This document shows, in pieces, positions 14,823-28,468 of a DNA stretch of 64,000 nucleotides (its first letter is position 1; the number at the start of each line of letters is the position of its first letter). The notes beneath the pieces are model-generated. The model was not told the DNA's origin. It saw only the letters and a list, made by a program, of their open reading frames with translations, and ran no database searches. The position numbers and the translations under genes are program-made. Origin of the DNA: Octopus vulgaris. Lineage: Eukaryota. The stretch spans positions 43,214,001 to 43,278,000 of the forward strand of contig OX597827.1 of assembly GCA_951406725.2 (NCBI GenBank). The letters run 5' to 3'.

Positions 14823-14965
14823 ATCATCATCATCATCATCCAATGTTTTAAATCTGAGTTTTGTCCCTGTTAACAGGGGTGGCCTGATCCACGTCAGTGC
14901 CATAGCAACAGGCCTCACACCATCTTGCCATCTTGCCTGGTTTTGGGCGTCCTCCTTTTTCAAAC
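14823..14965 (-). mobile_element. 3' terminus of an RTE-like LINE
   Basis: The minus strand reads KKEDAQNQARWQDGVR..., resembling the A.NR..WR motif at RTE ORF ends, followed by a short 3' UTR and a (GAT)n tail. Confidence 0.45.
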
Positions 14966-15897
14966 AATCTCCTCCACCTTTTCCTCAGTCCAGCTCCAAG
15001 ATAGCCAAAGCCTCAAAGCCTCTCTTCTTTTCTTTTTTTCCATTCTATCCATCTGTTGGGGAGTCCTACCCCTTTCCTCAGGTTGTATCCCTTTCATCAG
15101 ATTGTACCCCTTTCCTCAGGTTAGGTATGGGCTATGATTTTGAAGGCAATTCTTCTTCAGATGACACTGATCATCTTTTTTCTTTAAAAAACATAAAATG
15201 GAAGGACACTTTGGGTTACTGCTGTTCCTAGATACATTATATAAAAAAAAAAAAAAAAAAGGAAATTACATTTGACCGTCAGGGCAATGATGACCATCTA
15301 ATCATCCTTAAGGCTGCCTGATGACTTTCATGCTCAGTGTCTTCAGCCATATCCGGCCTGAAATATTCTACCAGTTTTGCATTCAAACTGATTAGATCCA
15401 GCCTCTCACGCCTGTCCTACAATGCTATTCTATAAATAAACAGCTGTATCCTTGGTAACTCAAAGCCACGAGTAATGCATGTTTAATTCAAAACAATGTG
15501 AATAAATTAACCATTGCACTTGACAATGTAATCTGAATGCGAAAGGGTTGAAGTGAAGAAGAATTGTGCACAATCGGCCTCACTACCTTGTCCTTGACCC
15601 ATCTTCAGTCCAGTGGCAAGACCCAGTCAAGACAACTGAGAATGGAGAAAGATGCAGTGGACGATCAAGATGTTTTACTAGCGCCATCCTACTCTCTGCA
15701 CTCCATAGTGTCTTGCTGCAGCCACTTCTCCTTCTGTTGAACTATGAAGGTTTCTTTCGCAGAGTCTACCAGATTCCAGTCTTCACAAAGCTGGGACCCT
15801 GACAAGCGTTGCTATAGAACCTGGGAACAGTAGTTACTAAGATGTGGTTTCATGCCCTTCAAAATCCGAACCCCACTACCGGTTGCAGATAGAGCAT

Positions 15898-15940
15898 GCT
15901 TTGCTGATGAGGTTTAATAAGACCAAAACATGTCCAGAGT
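15898..15940 (+). ncRNA. Minimal type I hammerhead ribozyme relic (G12>A)
   Basis: gctttg-CTGATGA-ggttt(aata)agacc-aAAA-catg-TC-cagagt: stems I and II, a palindromic tetraloop and a GUC site are present, but GAAA is mutated to AAAA. Confidence 0.65.
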
Positions 15941-16393
15941 TGTCATAACACTGCTATAGTTCAGACATACTTTCCACTGACGTTCATATTTAATAATGAA
16001 TTTTAATTAAAATCATGGGATGGGAGGGAAGTTGTCTCTCCCCCATTCTTTCCCCCTTTTTTTTAGGATTTAATTGAAAATTATTAGCTTGCTACACGGA
16101 AGTATATGCAAGCACCAATTTTTTTCCCCTCTGTCTGTCTGTGTGTGTGTGTGTGTGTGTATGTGTGTGATCTGTATTACATCAGTGACTATTTTGGATT
16201 GTAACTGTTTCTCTCTCCACACTATCTCCGTCACTCACTCACTCGTCACTCAACACAAACACTCTCTGATCCACCCCCACCCTCCATCTTTATCTCTCCT
16301 TCTTTATCCCACTACACTGAAATTTGTTACTTTACTCCACTCTTTTCTCCCCCCCCTCCGCCGCCGCCGCCAGTTTCTCTTTTTCACTCCTCC

Positions 16394-16428
<35 letters not shown>

Positions 16429-17825
16429 ACCTCTTTCTCTCTTTATCTTTCCATGTCCTTGTTTCTCTCCACCACCACCACCACCACCACCACCCTCGGG
16501 CCTTCTGTCCCACAGTCCACCTCTTCTATCTACACTGTCATATCACAAGTGCCATCTAAAAGACACAAGCCACCCATCCACCTCCCCCTCTCCAGCCATG
16601 CCACTCACCACTTGTCAAGAGAGCAAGCTGTTGTTTTGTCTTCATTGTCAAACCAGCATCTTGCCAATGTAGTTGTTGTTGTTGTCAACTGCAGCACTGC
16701 CAACTACGACGACGATGGTGGTGGTGGTGGTAGTGGTAGTTTAGTAGTATCGGTAATGGTAACAGTTGTTAGTAGTGGTGATGGTGGTGGTGGTATCATG
16801 AGGTTTTCATTTGGGGGAGGAGAGAGGGGATGGAGGAGATAATTAATAATGAGAATGGATCAGATATGTGATTAAATTGCATAAGGTGTGTGTGTATGTG
16901 TGTGTGTGTGTGTGTGGTTATGTTTGTGTGTGTATGTGCATAAATTTGTGCATGTACACGTGTGTGTGTGTGTATCTGCCACAAAGTTAATTAAATATTG
17001 GGTTATCTCTCTGTTTGTGTGAGTGTGTGTGTGTGTGTTTGCATGTCTCTTCACACTCATGTGTCTCTGTGTGTGTATATGTTTACATGTTCTTGCGTGT
17101 GTGTGTGTGTGTGTGTGTATTGCTGAGATATATATGCTTGTGTGCTGGTTAAATAAATAGTTAAATAACATGTGCGTGTGTGTGTGAACTGTGAGATTTT
17201 GTTTCAAGGTATGTGTGTCACTTTATTATATGTGCGCATGTACGTGTGTGTGTGTGTGTGTGTGTGGTATACAACAGTTAAATAGTGTGTGTGTGTGTGT
17301 GGTATACAACAGTTAAATAGTGTGTGTATGTGTGTAGATGAACTGAGGTTTTGATTTGGCATGTTGGACTATTTAGTATGTGAATGTGTGTGTATGTATG
17401 TATACATGTGTGTGTACATATACAAGTGTGTGTGTATGTGTGTATGCACATACGCACACATACCACGTGGGTGCTTTTATATAGCACTGCACAGGTGCTT
17501 TTACACCACCAGAGGGACTGTTCTTAACACTTCTGCTGTGGAGCACATGTCTCCTTGAGAACAACAAAGTGCCATATATATATATATTTTCATTTCATCT
17601 AGTTTCAGCTCACGAGCTGTGGCCATGCTGGGGCACCGCCATTCGGTGTTGCTACATGATTTTACTTCACAAATGCTTTTTAGCCATTGACATTTGGTGC
17701 AGGAGAGAGTTTGATGCAGCTGCCCTCATCTGCACCTCCTGCTGTGAAGTCGGTTCATCTGGGACACCTGACAGGAAGAGGTCTAGCTTTATTTTGAAGA
17801 CATATATATATATATATTTTATATA

Positions 17826-17875
<50 letters not shown>

Positions 17876-17969
17876 GCCACTTTGTTGTACTCGAGAAAAC
17901 ATGTGCTCCACAGCAGAAGTGTTAAGAACAGTCCTTCTGGTGGTGTAAACCACATATGCAGGGCTATAT

Positions 17970-18138
17970 AAAAGCACCCAGCAGACTCTGTAAAGTGGTT
18001 GGCATTAGGAAGGGCATCCAGCTGTAGAAAAGCCATGCCAAATCAGACTGGAGTCTGGTGCAGCTCCCCAGCTTGCCAGCTCTGATCAAACTGTCCGACC
18101 CATGCCAGCACGGACAACAGATGTTAAATGATGATGAT
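17970..18138 (+). mobile_element. Family C retroposon 3' part
   Basis: ggttggcattaggaagggcatccagctgtagaaa...gttaaatgatgatgat. Confidence 0.7.
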
Positions 18139-19723
18139 AATGACTTATGTATGTGCATAGGTGCAGGTGTGGCTGTGTGGTAAAATCTTTGCTTCCCAAC
18201 CACATGGTTCCGGGTTCAGTGCCACTGTGTGTCTTCTATTATATTTTTGGGCCGACCAAAAGCCTTTTGAATCAGGTTGGTAGAGGGGAAACTGGAAGTG
18301 AGAAGACCTTTGTTCACGTTAGCAGACTGACTGTTCTTCGGCTCTAAGATGTCTTCTTGCAGACCCAAACACAAACATTGGAAGAGATTGACAAGAAGAT
18401 AGAATTGGCTGAAGACAGCATGAGACTACAAGCTGACAGGCAGAGAATGGCAGGGGAGGGACGAGAGGCTAAGGGCACCTTAGCTGACTGTATTGGACCT
18501 AGCGTGAAGTAATCTCTGTAGCTGAAGAAAACAGACACACACAGACAGATAGGCATTGATGGGGAAAGAGACGAACAGACAGACAAGTCTAACCAGACAC
18601 AGATATTAAAGAAGCAGACAAACTTTGATAAGTAGAAAGGAAAGGAGGGAGAGGAGCCGGCTTGACTGGAGTAAAGTTGTATAAATGGTAATGATTTTGT
18701 TAAATTTCAAGTTGTCTTGGGTTAGAGAGGGAGGGGCAAGGCAGGGTTGGTGGGGTGTGGGTGGGGGCTCAAGCAAAGGTGGTAGGGAAGATGGTTATTT
18801 GGGAGGAAGAATATGTGTAACAGTGTTGGTGCAGCTGTCTGTCTGTCTGCCTGTCTCAAGGGGTGGAGCAGGGAGTGGAAGAATAAGAAAGTGTGTGTGT
18901 GTGTGTACATGTGTTGGAGCATAACAGACAAACAGACAGGGCTAAAATAAAAGAGCAGATAAGGATGACAAGGAGGGGACAAAAAGGCACAGAGTCACTG
19001 TTGTTATTGATAAAGACTACAAAAAGCAAAGCATTGTTTTGTCCAACACTAGTAATTATATGTGCCCCTGCACCCTTAATTGTTTCTTATTTAAGCAAAA
19101 AGGCCATAAATTTTGAGGTGAGGGGCAGGGAGGCTTAGTCAATTTTATCAACTCCAGTACTTCACGGATACTTCAAGTTACTGTAAGGCGAAGTTAACCT
19201 CAATCAGATTTGAACTTAGAACATAATTGTTCCTAACATGAGGCATATGGCCTGAAATCTGAGAGGAAGGGATCAGTTGAGTAAATCCACTCCTTTACTT
19301 CATTAGTACTTTATTTTATTGACCCCTGAAAGGAATGAAAAGCTAAGATTACCTCAAATGGGACTTGAACTCAGATTGTTAAGACTTACTTTGAATTAGA
19401 GGCTCCTACGTCTTGAGACGTATGAAGCAGTGATTGCGGTTCTTTGCTTCTCTCAAAGTATCCATTCCATGTTCTGTGTACCATCTTGCTTGTCCCTGCG
19501 CTGATCATTTGTTGCCAATTCATTTTTGGGAGTCCTCTCCATCTCTTTTGATCTGTTTTTCTACTGACAAGTCCTTCGCATGCGGGTCATATTACATGAT
19601 CCAGCCCTACACTCTAGACAACTGGTAGAACATGTTGGTGTGTGTGTGTGTGTGTGTTGCTGTTTAGCCCTAAGAAGATCTTTGGTCAAAGATATTTTGT
19701 CCATGATCATTCCATCTGTAAGC

Positions 19724-19754
<31 letters not shown>

Positions 19755-19802
19755 TATCCGTCTTTACATATATATACATGTATATATATCCAATATATAT
19801 AT

Positions 19803-20030
19803 ATCATCATCATCATCATCATCATCGTTTCACGTCCATTTTCCATGCTAGCATGGGTTGGCTGGTTCGACTGGGGCCTGGGAAACCAGAACGTTGCACC
19901 AGGCTCCAGTCTGATCAGGCTATGCTTCTACAGCTGGATGCCCTTCCTAATGCCAACCACTCCATGAGTATAGTGGGTGCTTTCTGCATGGCACTTGCAC
20001 AGGGGCCAGAGGAGGCTGGCAACGGCTTTT
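19803..20030 (-). mobile_element. Family C retroposon copy
   Basis: (CAT)n tail plus the conserved family C block. Confidence 0.7.
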
Positions 20031-21135
20031 CCCATGTGCCATTTTAGATATATATATATTTATATCCATACTATCTAATGTGTCTTTTTTTGCAAGAGAG
20101 CAGCATATATGTGTGTTTGTATGTGGTAACTTGGCTGCTATTTCTTGCTGTTCAAGCTACCCGGTGGAGGGGACAGATTGAGAAGGCAATTGCATATCCC
20201 TGGTGCAGTGGGTGCCAGTGGGTGCGCATGAATGTGTAATGTTAAACTGATTGATGGAATAAATTATGATAGCAATGACAAGCACCCCCCTCCCACCGTG
20301 TCATCACTTAATTGTTAGGTTTGCTTAAAGATTACATGTGGGTGGGGGAGACGGGGGTGTAGTGAGAGGAGAGGAGGATAGAGGTGGAGGGGTGTGCCTG
20401 TTACTAAGCGGCAGTGCTTGCTGGTGGTGGTGGTGGTGGTGGAGATGGTGGTAAAGGAATTGGTGAACAGCGCTGTGTAGAGAGTGTGGTGAGGTGGGGT
20501 GGGGTGGGAAAGAATGACAAAGGTGAATTGGTTACTAAGAGAAGAACTGTGATGGTACATGGGTGTGTGTGTGTGTGTGTGTACAAGTGCCCAAGTGCTG
20601 CGTGTGTGTGTGTGATGTGATGACGATGACGTGATGCTGATGTGTGAGGTGAAGGAGTTGGAGAGCCTAATTTCTTTCCGTGTAATTACCCTCTCTTCAT
20701 AATTAAACATAATACAACGAACACACCCACCTCCAACCTGATATTGTGTGACATCTCAATGCAACTCCTTCCTCTCCCCCCACCCCCCACCTTTCATTAA
20801 TATGTCTCGCTCTCTGTGCATCTTGCACGCATCTTCTTAGTCACTGATACTGCCAGGGATGATGCTGGGACTGGCGGCAGGGGGTGGGGTGGGGTATGTT
20901 TTGTAGGGGTGGTGTCAGGGATAATGGTACCATGCGTTTTGGAATATAAGGTAGCAAAGTGCAGAGTAGGCGTTAAAAGTTGAATACGGAGCAATAAGGT
21001 AATGAAAAATTGTGTGTGTGTGTGTACGTATGTGTGTACATTAGTGTGTCAAAAATAGATTATGGAAAGGTGTTTAATTAAGATATCCTCATTATTTGTA
21101 GTAGAGTAAATATGCATGTGTATACAAACACACAC

Positions 21136-21220
<85 letters not shown>

Positions 21221-21613
21221 CACACATATATATATATACATATACATATACACACACATATATATACATATACACACACACATATATATATACATATACA
21301 CACACACATATATATATACATATACACACATATATATACACACATACACACACATATATATATACATAAATATATAAATAACCAGGAAATGGAGAAAACC
21401 TCAGATTAACGAACACATCAACTGGACCACATTCATAGGCTGTTTTTTTAATACAAAGCATGGCATAACAAATAGGTGACGTAACATATCTTACAGCTGT
21501 TTCTGATCAGTTGCCAAAATGTTGTGTATAAATGAATGCGAGAATAAAGTTCTCCATCTTCATAAGGCATTCGAATTAAGGCATGGAGCTTCACCAGAGT
21601 AAAAAAACAAGCA

Positions 21614-22038
21614 GGCGCAGGAGTGGCTGTGTGGTAAGTAGCTTGCTAACCAACCACATGGTTCTGGGTTCAATCCCACTGCGTGGCATCTTGGGCAAGT
21701 GTCTTCTGCTATAGCCCCGGGCCGACCAGTGCCTTGTGAGTGGATTTGGTAGACAGAAACTGAAAGAAGCCTGTCGTATATATGTATATATATATATGTA
21801 TGTATGTGTGTGTGTGTTTTGTGTGTCTGTGTTTGTCCCCCTAGCATTGCTTGACAACTGATGCTGGTGTGTTTATGTCCCCGTTACTTAGCGGTTCGGC
21901 AAAAAGAGACCGATAGAATAAGTACTAGGCTTACAAAAAGAATAAGTCCCGGGGTCGAGTTGCTCGATTAAAGGTGGTGCTCCAGCATGGCCGCAGTCAA
22001 ATGACTGAAACAAGTAAAAGAGTAAAAGAGTAAAGAGT
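21614..22038 (+). mobile_element. SINE family A, full-length well-preserved copy
   Basis: Head ggcgcaggagtggctgtgtggtaagtagcttgc with B box ggttcaatccc, CORE-like cttgggcaagt and a (gtaaaaga)n tail. Confidence 0.85.
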
Positions 22039-22274
22039 ATACAATATAAACAAAGGGAAGAAGGAAGAGGAGAGAAAACATGGCCTGGACCAAAAGTCTA
22101 GAAGTCTAACATGTTAAAAGAATAAAATTTACCATCTGGGGCTACGAGGTAAGGCCAATAAAAGAGTGAGCTTAATTGAAAGTACCTGGAGCCTTTGAGT
22201 AACAATGTGTTACTGTACATGTGTATTGAATTCCTGTAAATTATTGCTTCTGGTGAATCAACAGAGATTTATAC

Positions 22275-22369
<95 letters not shown>

Positions 22370-22459
22370 CCTACCTATCTATCTATCTATCTATCTATCA
22401 TCTATCTATCTCTATTATATGTGTGTGTAAATAGATAGATAAATAGGTAGGTAGGTAGG

Positions 22460-22501
<42 letters not shown>

Positions 22502-22856
22502 GATATACAGACAGACAGATTATAGGGAATGGAAACTAGAATTTAGTGCAGCCCTACAGCTCAACAAATCCCACCAAACTGTCCAACCCATGCCAGCATG
22601 AAAAACAGATGTTAAATGATGATAAATTCGTATATATATATGTATACACACACACATACACACTTATATATACACACACACACACACACACAAACATACA
22701 TGTAATATTGTCTCGGACCAACTTAACACCTTTGATTGATGTGCTGAGAAAATTGGATTGAAATACTTGGATACAAGGAACGGCACCTGGCTGTAGAATG
22801 CTGCTTAAAGAAATTATGAGCAGATGGAAGAAGCAGATGTGGAAAGGACAACAATG

Positions 22857-22929
<73 letters not shown>

Positions 22930-23081
22930 ATTCATAAAGATGCTATGAATATATATACCTCCACAATATACTTTTCAACCATGGTTTATATACATATATA
23001 CACATATATAAACATACACATATACTTATACATCTATCTATCTAGCCATCTATATATATGTGTGTGTGTGTGTGTGTGTAT

Positions 23082-23113
<32 letters not shown>

Positions 23114-23151
23114 AAATGTATGGACAGTCACACACACACACAGCAATATAT

Positions 23152-23189
<38 letters not shown>

Positions 23190-23240
23190 CCACATACATA
23201 TAGATACATATATACATGTACATAGATACATAGAGGAACG

Positions 23241-23319
<79 letters not shown>

Positions 23320-23732
23320 TACGATTTATTTATCTGTTTCTTAGTTTCCTTACTTGTGGTTTTGATAAACAGAATTCTGTTATTAGAGACCCGACAACAG
23401 TAAGGAGTAGAGGTAGCTAGATCAGAAAGTCTGCGAGTAACTAACTCATTCTTTTGAGATTTGAAACTCTCCACTGGATGCTTACATGTTTGGCATCGAG
23501 CCCTGCTATGCCACCTCCAAGTCCCCTCACCTTTCATCCCCCCACTCCATGTTCTTTCTTTCTGTTTCAACAATGTTTTTGGAATTTTTTTTATTAATAT
23601 TTTTATCATTCCTTTTGCTTGTGTTCTGTTTATTTTCCTCATTTTGTAAATAAAACCTTGGTTACTCGGCTAGGCACTGAGTCTTTGAATCTTGTCTCTC
23701 ATTTCTCCATAGCTATTTTTCTCTAATTCATC

Positions 23733-23817
<85 letters not shown>

Positions 23818-24031
23818 GTGTGTGTGTGTGTTGTGTGTGTGTGTGTGTATTTATATATATATATATATACACATACCCACACTCTCACATACACATACAC
23901 ACACACACAGGCTTATGCAAACACACACATACATCTTATGTATTTCTTTCATTGGCTTTCTTCTCTCCATTCCCTTCCAGTAAGGTCTTTGAAGTTTCCG
24001 GTTGGTTAGGTTTCTGGTTGCAAACAGGCTC

Positions 24032-24065
<34 letters not shown>

Positions 24066-24523
24066 AAGAGAGAGAGAGTATGACTGCAAGGATCAGACTC
24101 ATGTGTGTGTGTGTATAGGGACTTTTGCAGACACAAGAGCAATATGTTGTTGTGTATGTGCATGCGTACAGAGAGAGAGAGAGATATATATGCGTGTGTG
24201 TGTGTGTGTATGTATGTATTTCTATCTGTATGTATGTATGTATTGTATGGAGTATTTTGATATTTAATGCCAAAAGTAGTCGTGGGTAGGAGTGATGGGG
24301 AAGAGCGATACAGACACAGACAAGGATAGAAATAGGAATGAAGGAAGGGAACCTTTAACTCACTCAGACATCACTCCTCCTGTTTGCATATAATGAGACC
24401 CTGAAATTAATCTAAAACAGGGGTGGGGAAACTCTTTTAATATGATGGGCAAAAATTTCCAAAGATAAAGGTCCGCGGGTGGGTCACATGTTCTAACTCT
24501 TATATCTGTGTAAATCTTGTATA

Positions 24524-24909
24524 TCATCATCATCATCATCATCATCGTTTAACATCCGTTCTCCATGCTAGCATGGGTTGGACGGTTCGACCGGGGATCT
24601 GGGAAGGCAGAAGGCTGCACCAGGCTCCGGTCTTATCTGGCAATGTTTCTACAGCTGGATGCTCTTCCTAACGCCAACCACTCCATGAGTGTAGTGGCTG
24701 CTTTTTACGTACCACCTGCACTGGTGCCAGGCGAGGCTGGCATCGGCCACGGTCGGATTGGTGCATTTTACGTGCCACCTGCACGGAAGCCAGTCGAGGC
24801 GGCACTGGCTTCGGCCACGATTCGGATGGTGCTTTTTACGTGCCACCAACACGGAAGCCAGTCGAGGCGGCGCTGGCATCGGCCACGATTCGGATAGTGC
24901 TTTTTACGT
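24524..24909 (-). mobile_element. Family C retroposon with an internal tandem array of about 63 bp
   Basis: Family C block followed by about three units of gtgcttttacgtgccacc...ggc(a/t)tcggccacg(a/g)t(t)cggat. Confidence 0.75.
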
Positions 24910-25130
24910 ATCTATCTATATATCTATGCATAATTCGATAGACATTAATATAAATAAGTTTAACGCATTAAATTAATGAGTAACATCTTCATAAATACTG
25001 CCACTGAATTTGGGACGTTTATATTACTTATGGGGTATTCTATATTTTTCAGCTAGAGTGTAGTTGGGTCTCGAGAGGGTGGTACAAACCTAGCAATAAT
25101 ATACAGACATCTGTCAATATATATATACTT

Positions 25131-25550
25131 GGACGCAGGAATGGCTGTGCGGTAAAAGGTTTGCTTCCCAACCACATGGTTCTGGGTTCAGTCCCACTGC
25201 ATGGCACCTCGGGCAAGTGTCTTCTACTACAGCCTTGGGCCAACCAAAGCCTTGTGAGTTGATCTGGTGGAAAGAAACTGAAAGAAGCTCGTTGTAGATA
25301 TGTGTGTATGTGTGTGTGTGTGTATATATATGTATGTATTTGTGTGTCTGTATTTGCTTCCCCCCCCCCCAACATCGCTTGACAACCGATGCTGGTGTGT
25401 TTACGTCCCTATCACTTAGCAGTTCGGCAAAAGAGACTGCTAGAATAAGTACTAGGCTTACAAAAATGCAAGTCCTGGGGTTGATTTGTTCGACTAAAGG
25501 CAGTGCTCCAGCATGGCCGCAGTCAAATGCCCGAAGCAAGTAAAATAAAA
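25131..25550 (+). mobile_element. SINE family A, full-length copy
   Basis: Homologous end to end with 21614-22038. Confidence 0.85.
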
Positions 25551-26020
25551 TTAAAACACTCACACACACATTGACACACATGCAATGCATACATGCAGAG
25601 CAATCTGTAACATCTCGCGATAGGAGGCCTAAAGTATTATCTAACTGCTGTTGTCACTGGAAACATTTTCTTTCGCTTGGAAAATTTCCAGGTACTTGAA
25701 CACCTCCAGCCAATGGAAACCAGTTCTCTTCGCTCAGCAATCTCTCTCATAGTAGTACATTTTCTATGCCTTCTGCTTCACAGCATCAGCGAGGGCATGT
25801 GCACCGGTATCATTACATACACTCATCTCACCGAAAGATATTCCTGAATTTTTATACCAAAAACACTCCCCTGTTGCAATCTAGAACGCCTTGACTTTTT
25901 TACCTTTCACTTCTCACCTTGCTAATTATGCCTGGATGTCTAAGCTTCTCTTGTAGAGTCTTGATACTCTTCCTTATCCCAGCCGCCTCTTTGATTATTT
26001 TTCCACATCTGTCTATCATG

Positions 26021-26384
26021 TTTTACTTGTTGCAGTCATTAGATTGTGGCCATGCTGGGGCATTCCCTTTAGAAGTTTTTTAACTGAATGAATCGACCCC
26101 GCCTCCCATCCGTACTTATTTTCCTTTTAATCCAAGTTCTATTTGTCTCTTTTGCCCGCCCACTAAGTTACGGGGATGTAAGTGGTGACGAAGAACAAAT
26201 AAACTCACATGCACACCCTCATACGATGGGCTTCTTTCAGTTTCCATCTACCAAATCCACTCGCCAAACTTTGGTCGACCCGAGGCTATTGTAGAAGATA
26301 CCAGCCCAAAGTGTCGTACAGTGGGACTGAACCGAGTCCATGTGGGGGAAGCAAGCATCTTACCACACAGCTATGCCAATGCCT
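26021..26384 (-). mobile_element. SINE family A, diverged copy
   Basis: Reverse-complement homology to the family A head, core and tail. Confidence 0.75.
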
Positions 26385-26504
26385 ATAAAAAAATCCTGTG
26401 AGCACAACCTCTACCTGTTAAGTCTTTATGGTTTTGTGTCCTGTACCATTTCCACCCTGCCCCATGTCACCTTCTATCCAGCTGAAACTTTGTCCCATCT
26501 GCAG

Positions 26505-26602
26505 ATTCTATTAGCGAGTCTTTATATTTACTGATCTTGTCAAATTCTTTCGCCGCTATAATGTGATCGCAAGGAATACACATGTCAATTAATAAACACA
26601 CC
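26505..26602 (-). mobile_element. Dong/R4-like LINE endonuclease fragment abutting (TAA)n
   Basis: Reads KVCLLIDMCIPCDHIIAAKEFDKISKYKDSLIE, nearly the same as the peptide at 56975; a (TTA)n run lies at 26603-26650. Confidence 0.7.
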
Positions 26603-26651
<49 letters not shown>

Positions 26652-26659
26652 CATCATTA

Positions 26660-26855
26660 TTTACTCTTTTACTTGTTTCAGTCATTTGACTGTGGCCATG
26701 CTGGAGCACCGCCTTTAGTCGAGCAAATTGACCCCGGGACTTATTCTTTGTAAGCCAAGTACTTATTCTATCGGTCTCTTTTGCCGAACTGCTAAGTGAC
26801 GGGGACGTAAACACACCAGCATCGGTTGTCAAGCAATGCTAGGGGGACAAACACA

Positions 26856-26927
<72 letters not shown>

Positions 26928-27014
26928 TATGACAGGCTTCTTTCAGTTTCCATCTACCAAATCCACTCACAAGGTTGGTTAGCAAGCTACTTACCACACA
27001 GCCGCTCCTGCGCC
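26660..27014 (-). mobile_element. SINE family A copy about 100 bp upstream of the zipper exon
   Basis: Reverse-complement of family A with an internal deletion. Confidence 0.85.
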
Positions 27015-27115
27015 TATATTATTATTATTATTATTGTTATTATTATTATGATTATTATTATTATTATCATCAGCAGCATCATCATTATTATTGTTATTAT
27101 TGTTTACCCCTGTAG

Positions 27116-27290
27116 GCACTTGAAGAAAAGGAAAAGCGAAATACTCAACTGCTAGACAAATTAACGAAAGACAATGGACATTTACAAAGGAAGATAGATG
27201 AATTATCAGAAATAAATTGGTACCGACCAGAACGGAGCATCAGTGAATGTAGCACTTCAACTAATTCCACTAACTCAGCTTCAGAATCAG
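27116..27290 (+). CDS. MXI1: Mad/Mxi1 internal exon: leucine zipper and Ser-rich segment
   Basis: Acceptor cctgtAG ends at 27115. The exon reads ALEEKEKRNTQLLDKLTKDNGHLQRKIDELSEINWYRPERSISECSTSTNSTNSASES+g, then donor GTatgc at 27291. Heptad leucines (L2, L16, L23, L30) match the MXD zipper, and the phase 0 start fits the previous exon. Confidence 0.9.
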
Positions 27291-27608
27291 GTATGCAACC
27301 ATTCCGTATTACGCTACTTTCTTTGTGTGTGTGTGAGTGTGTGTGTGTATGTGCGCGCACGAATGTGCGTCCTTTTGTGTGTGTGTGTGTGTGTGTGTGT
27401 ACAGATTGAGATAATTTGGCTTGGCTGTATGAACATTCAATGTGATTTGGGAGTCAAGTTTTGGCTGCTATTTCCAGCATGGTAGTATCTCTTAGATACC
27501 CTAAATTATAATTTTAATAATAATCATTACCTTTGAAAGTTTTTATTCCCATGCTGGCCACTTGATAAGATCGATATTTAAATAACGATCTTATCCTTAT
27601 TTATATAA

Positions 27609-27648
<40 letters not shown>

Positions 27649-27890
27649 CACAGATAGTGTGTCTATAGCCAGCTGGAGGAGATGTCTTCCTGGGGCTACA
27701 ACCTACAGTAGCATCCACCCTTATGGGTTAGCCATATTCAAATGGCAAATATGCGTCACGATGTGTTACCGCTACTGTTTATAACTCGCTCTGAGATTTA
27801 TCATTGTTATATTTATATATATGTATAAATGGCGGTGCCCCAGCATGGCCACAGCTCATAAGCTGAAACTGGAAAAATCAAAATCAAAAT

Positions 27891-27959
<69 letters not shown>

Positions 27960-28468
27960 AATATATATATATATATACAAATATATATGTATATACCTTT
28001 TGAGTGTGGTCATTGCCAGTACCGCCTGACTGGCCCTCATTCCGGTGGCACGTAAAAGCACCCACTTCACTCTCGGAGTGGTTGGTGTTAGTACGTTTCA
28101 AAAAACAATGCAAATGTGTAAGAAAAAAAAAATTTAATCATAGTAATTATAATTAAATTTATGCATTGTCATTCTCATCAGTGTGGGGAACCTCTTGAAG
28201 AACCTCAACAAATTATTTTAAAAAATCAAATCTGGGAATCAGACCCTCAATCCCATAATCGTGAACACGCCTAACCACTAGGCCACATGCCTTCACATCA
28301 TATATGTCATCATTGTCGTTTAACATCCTTCTTCTGTGCTCGCATGGGTTGGATGGTTTGACAGGAGCTGGTCAGGTAGGACCTTGCTCTAGATTTCTGT
28401 CTGTTTTGGCAGGTTTTTTATGGCTGGATGCCCTTCTTAACATCTAACATGCAGCAGAGTGGAATATA

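Noticed and set aside
25620-26010. Possible decayed LINE coding fragment between two SINEs
   Set aside because: All minus-strand frames I tried were broken, and no motif could be recognised with confidence.
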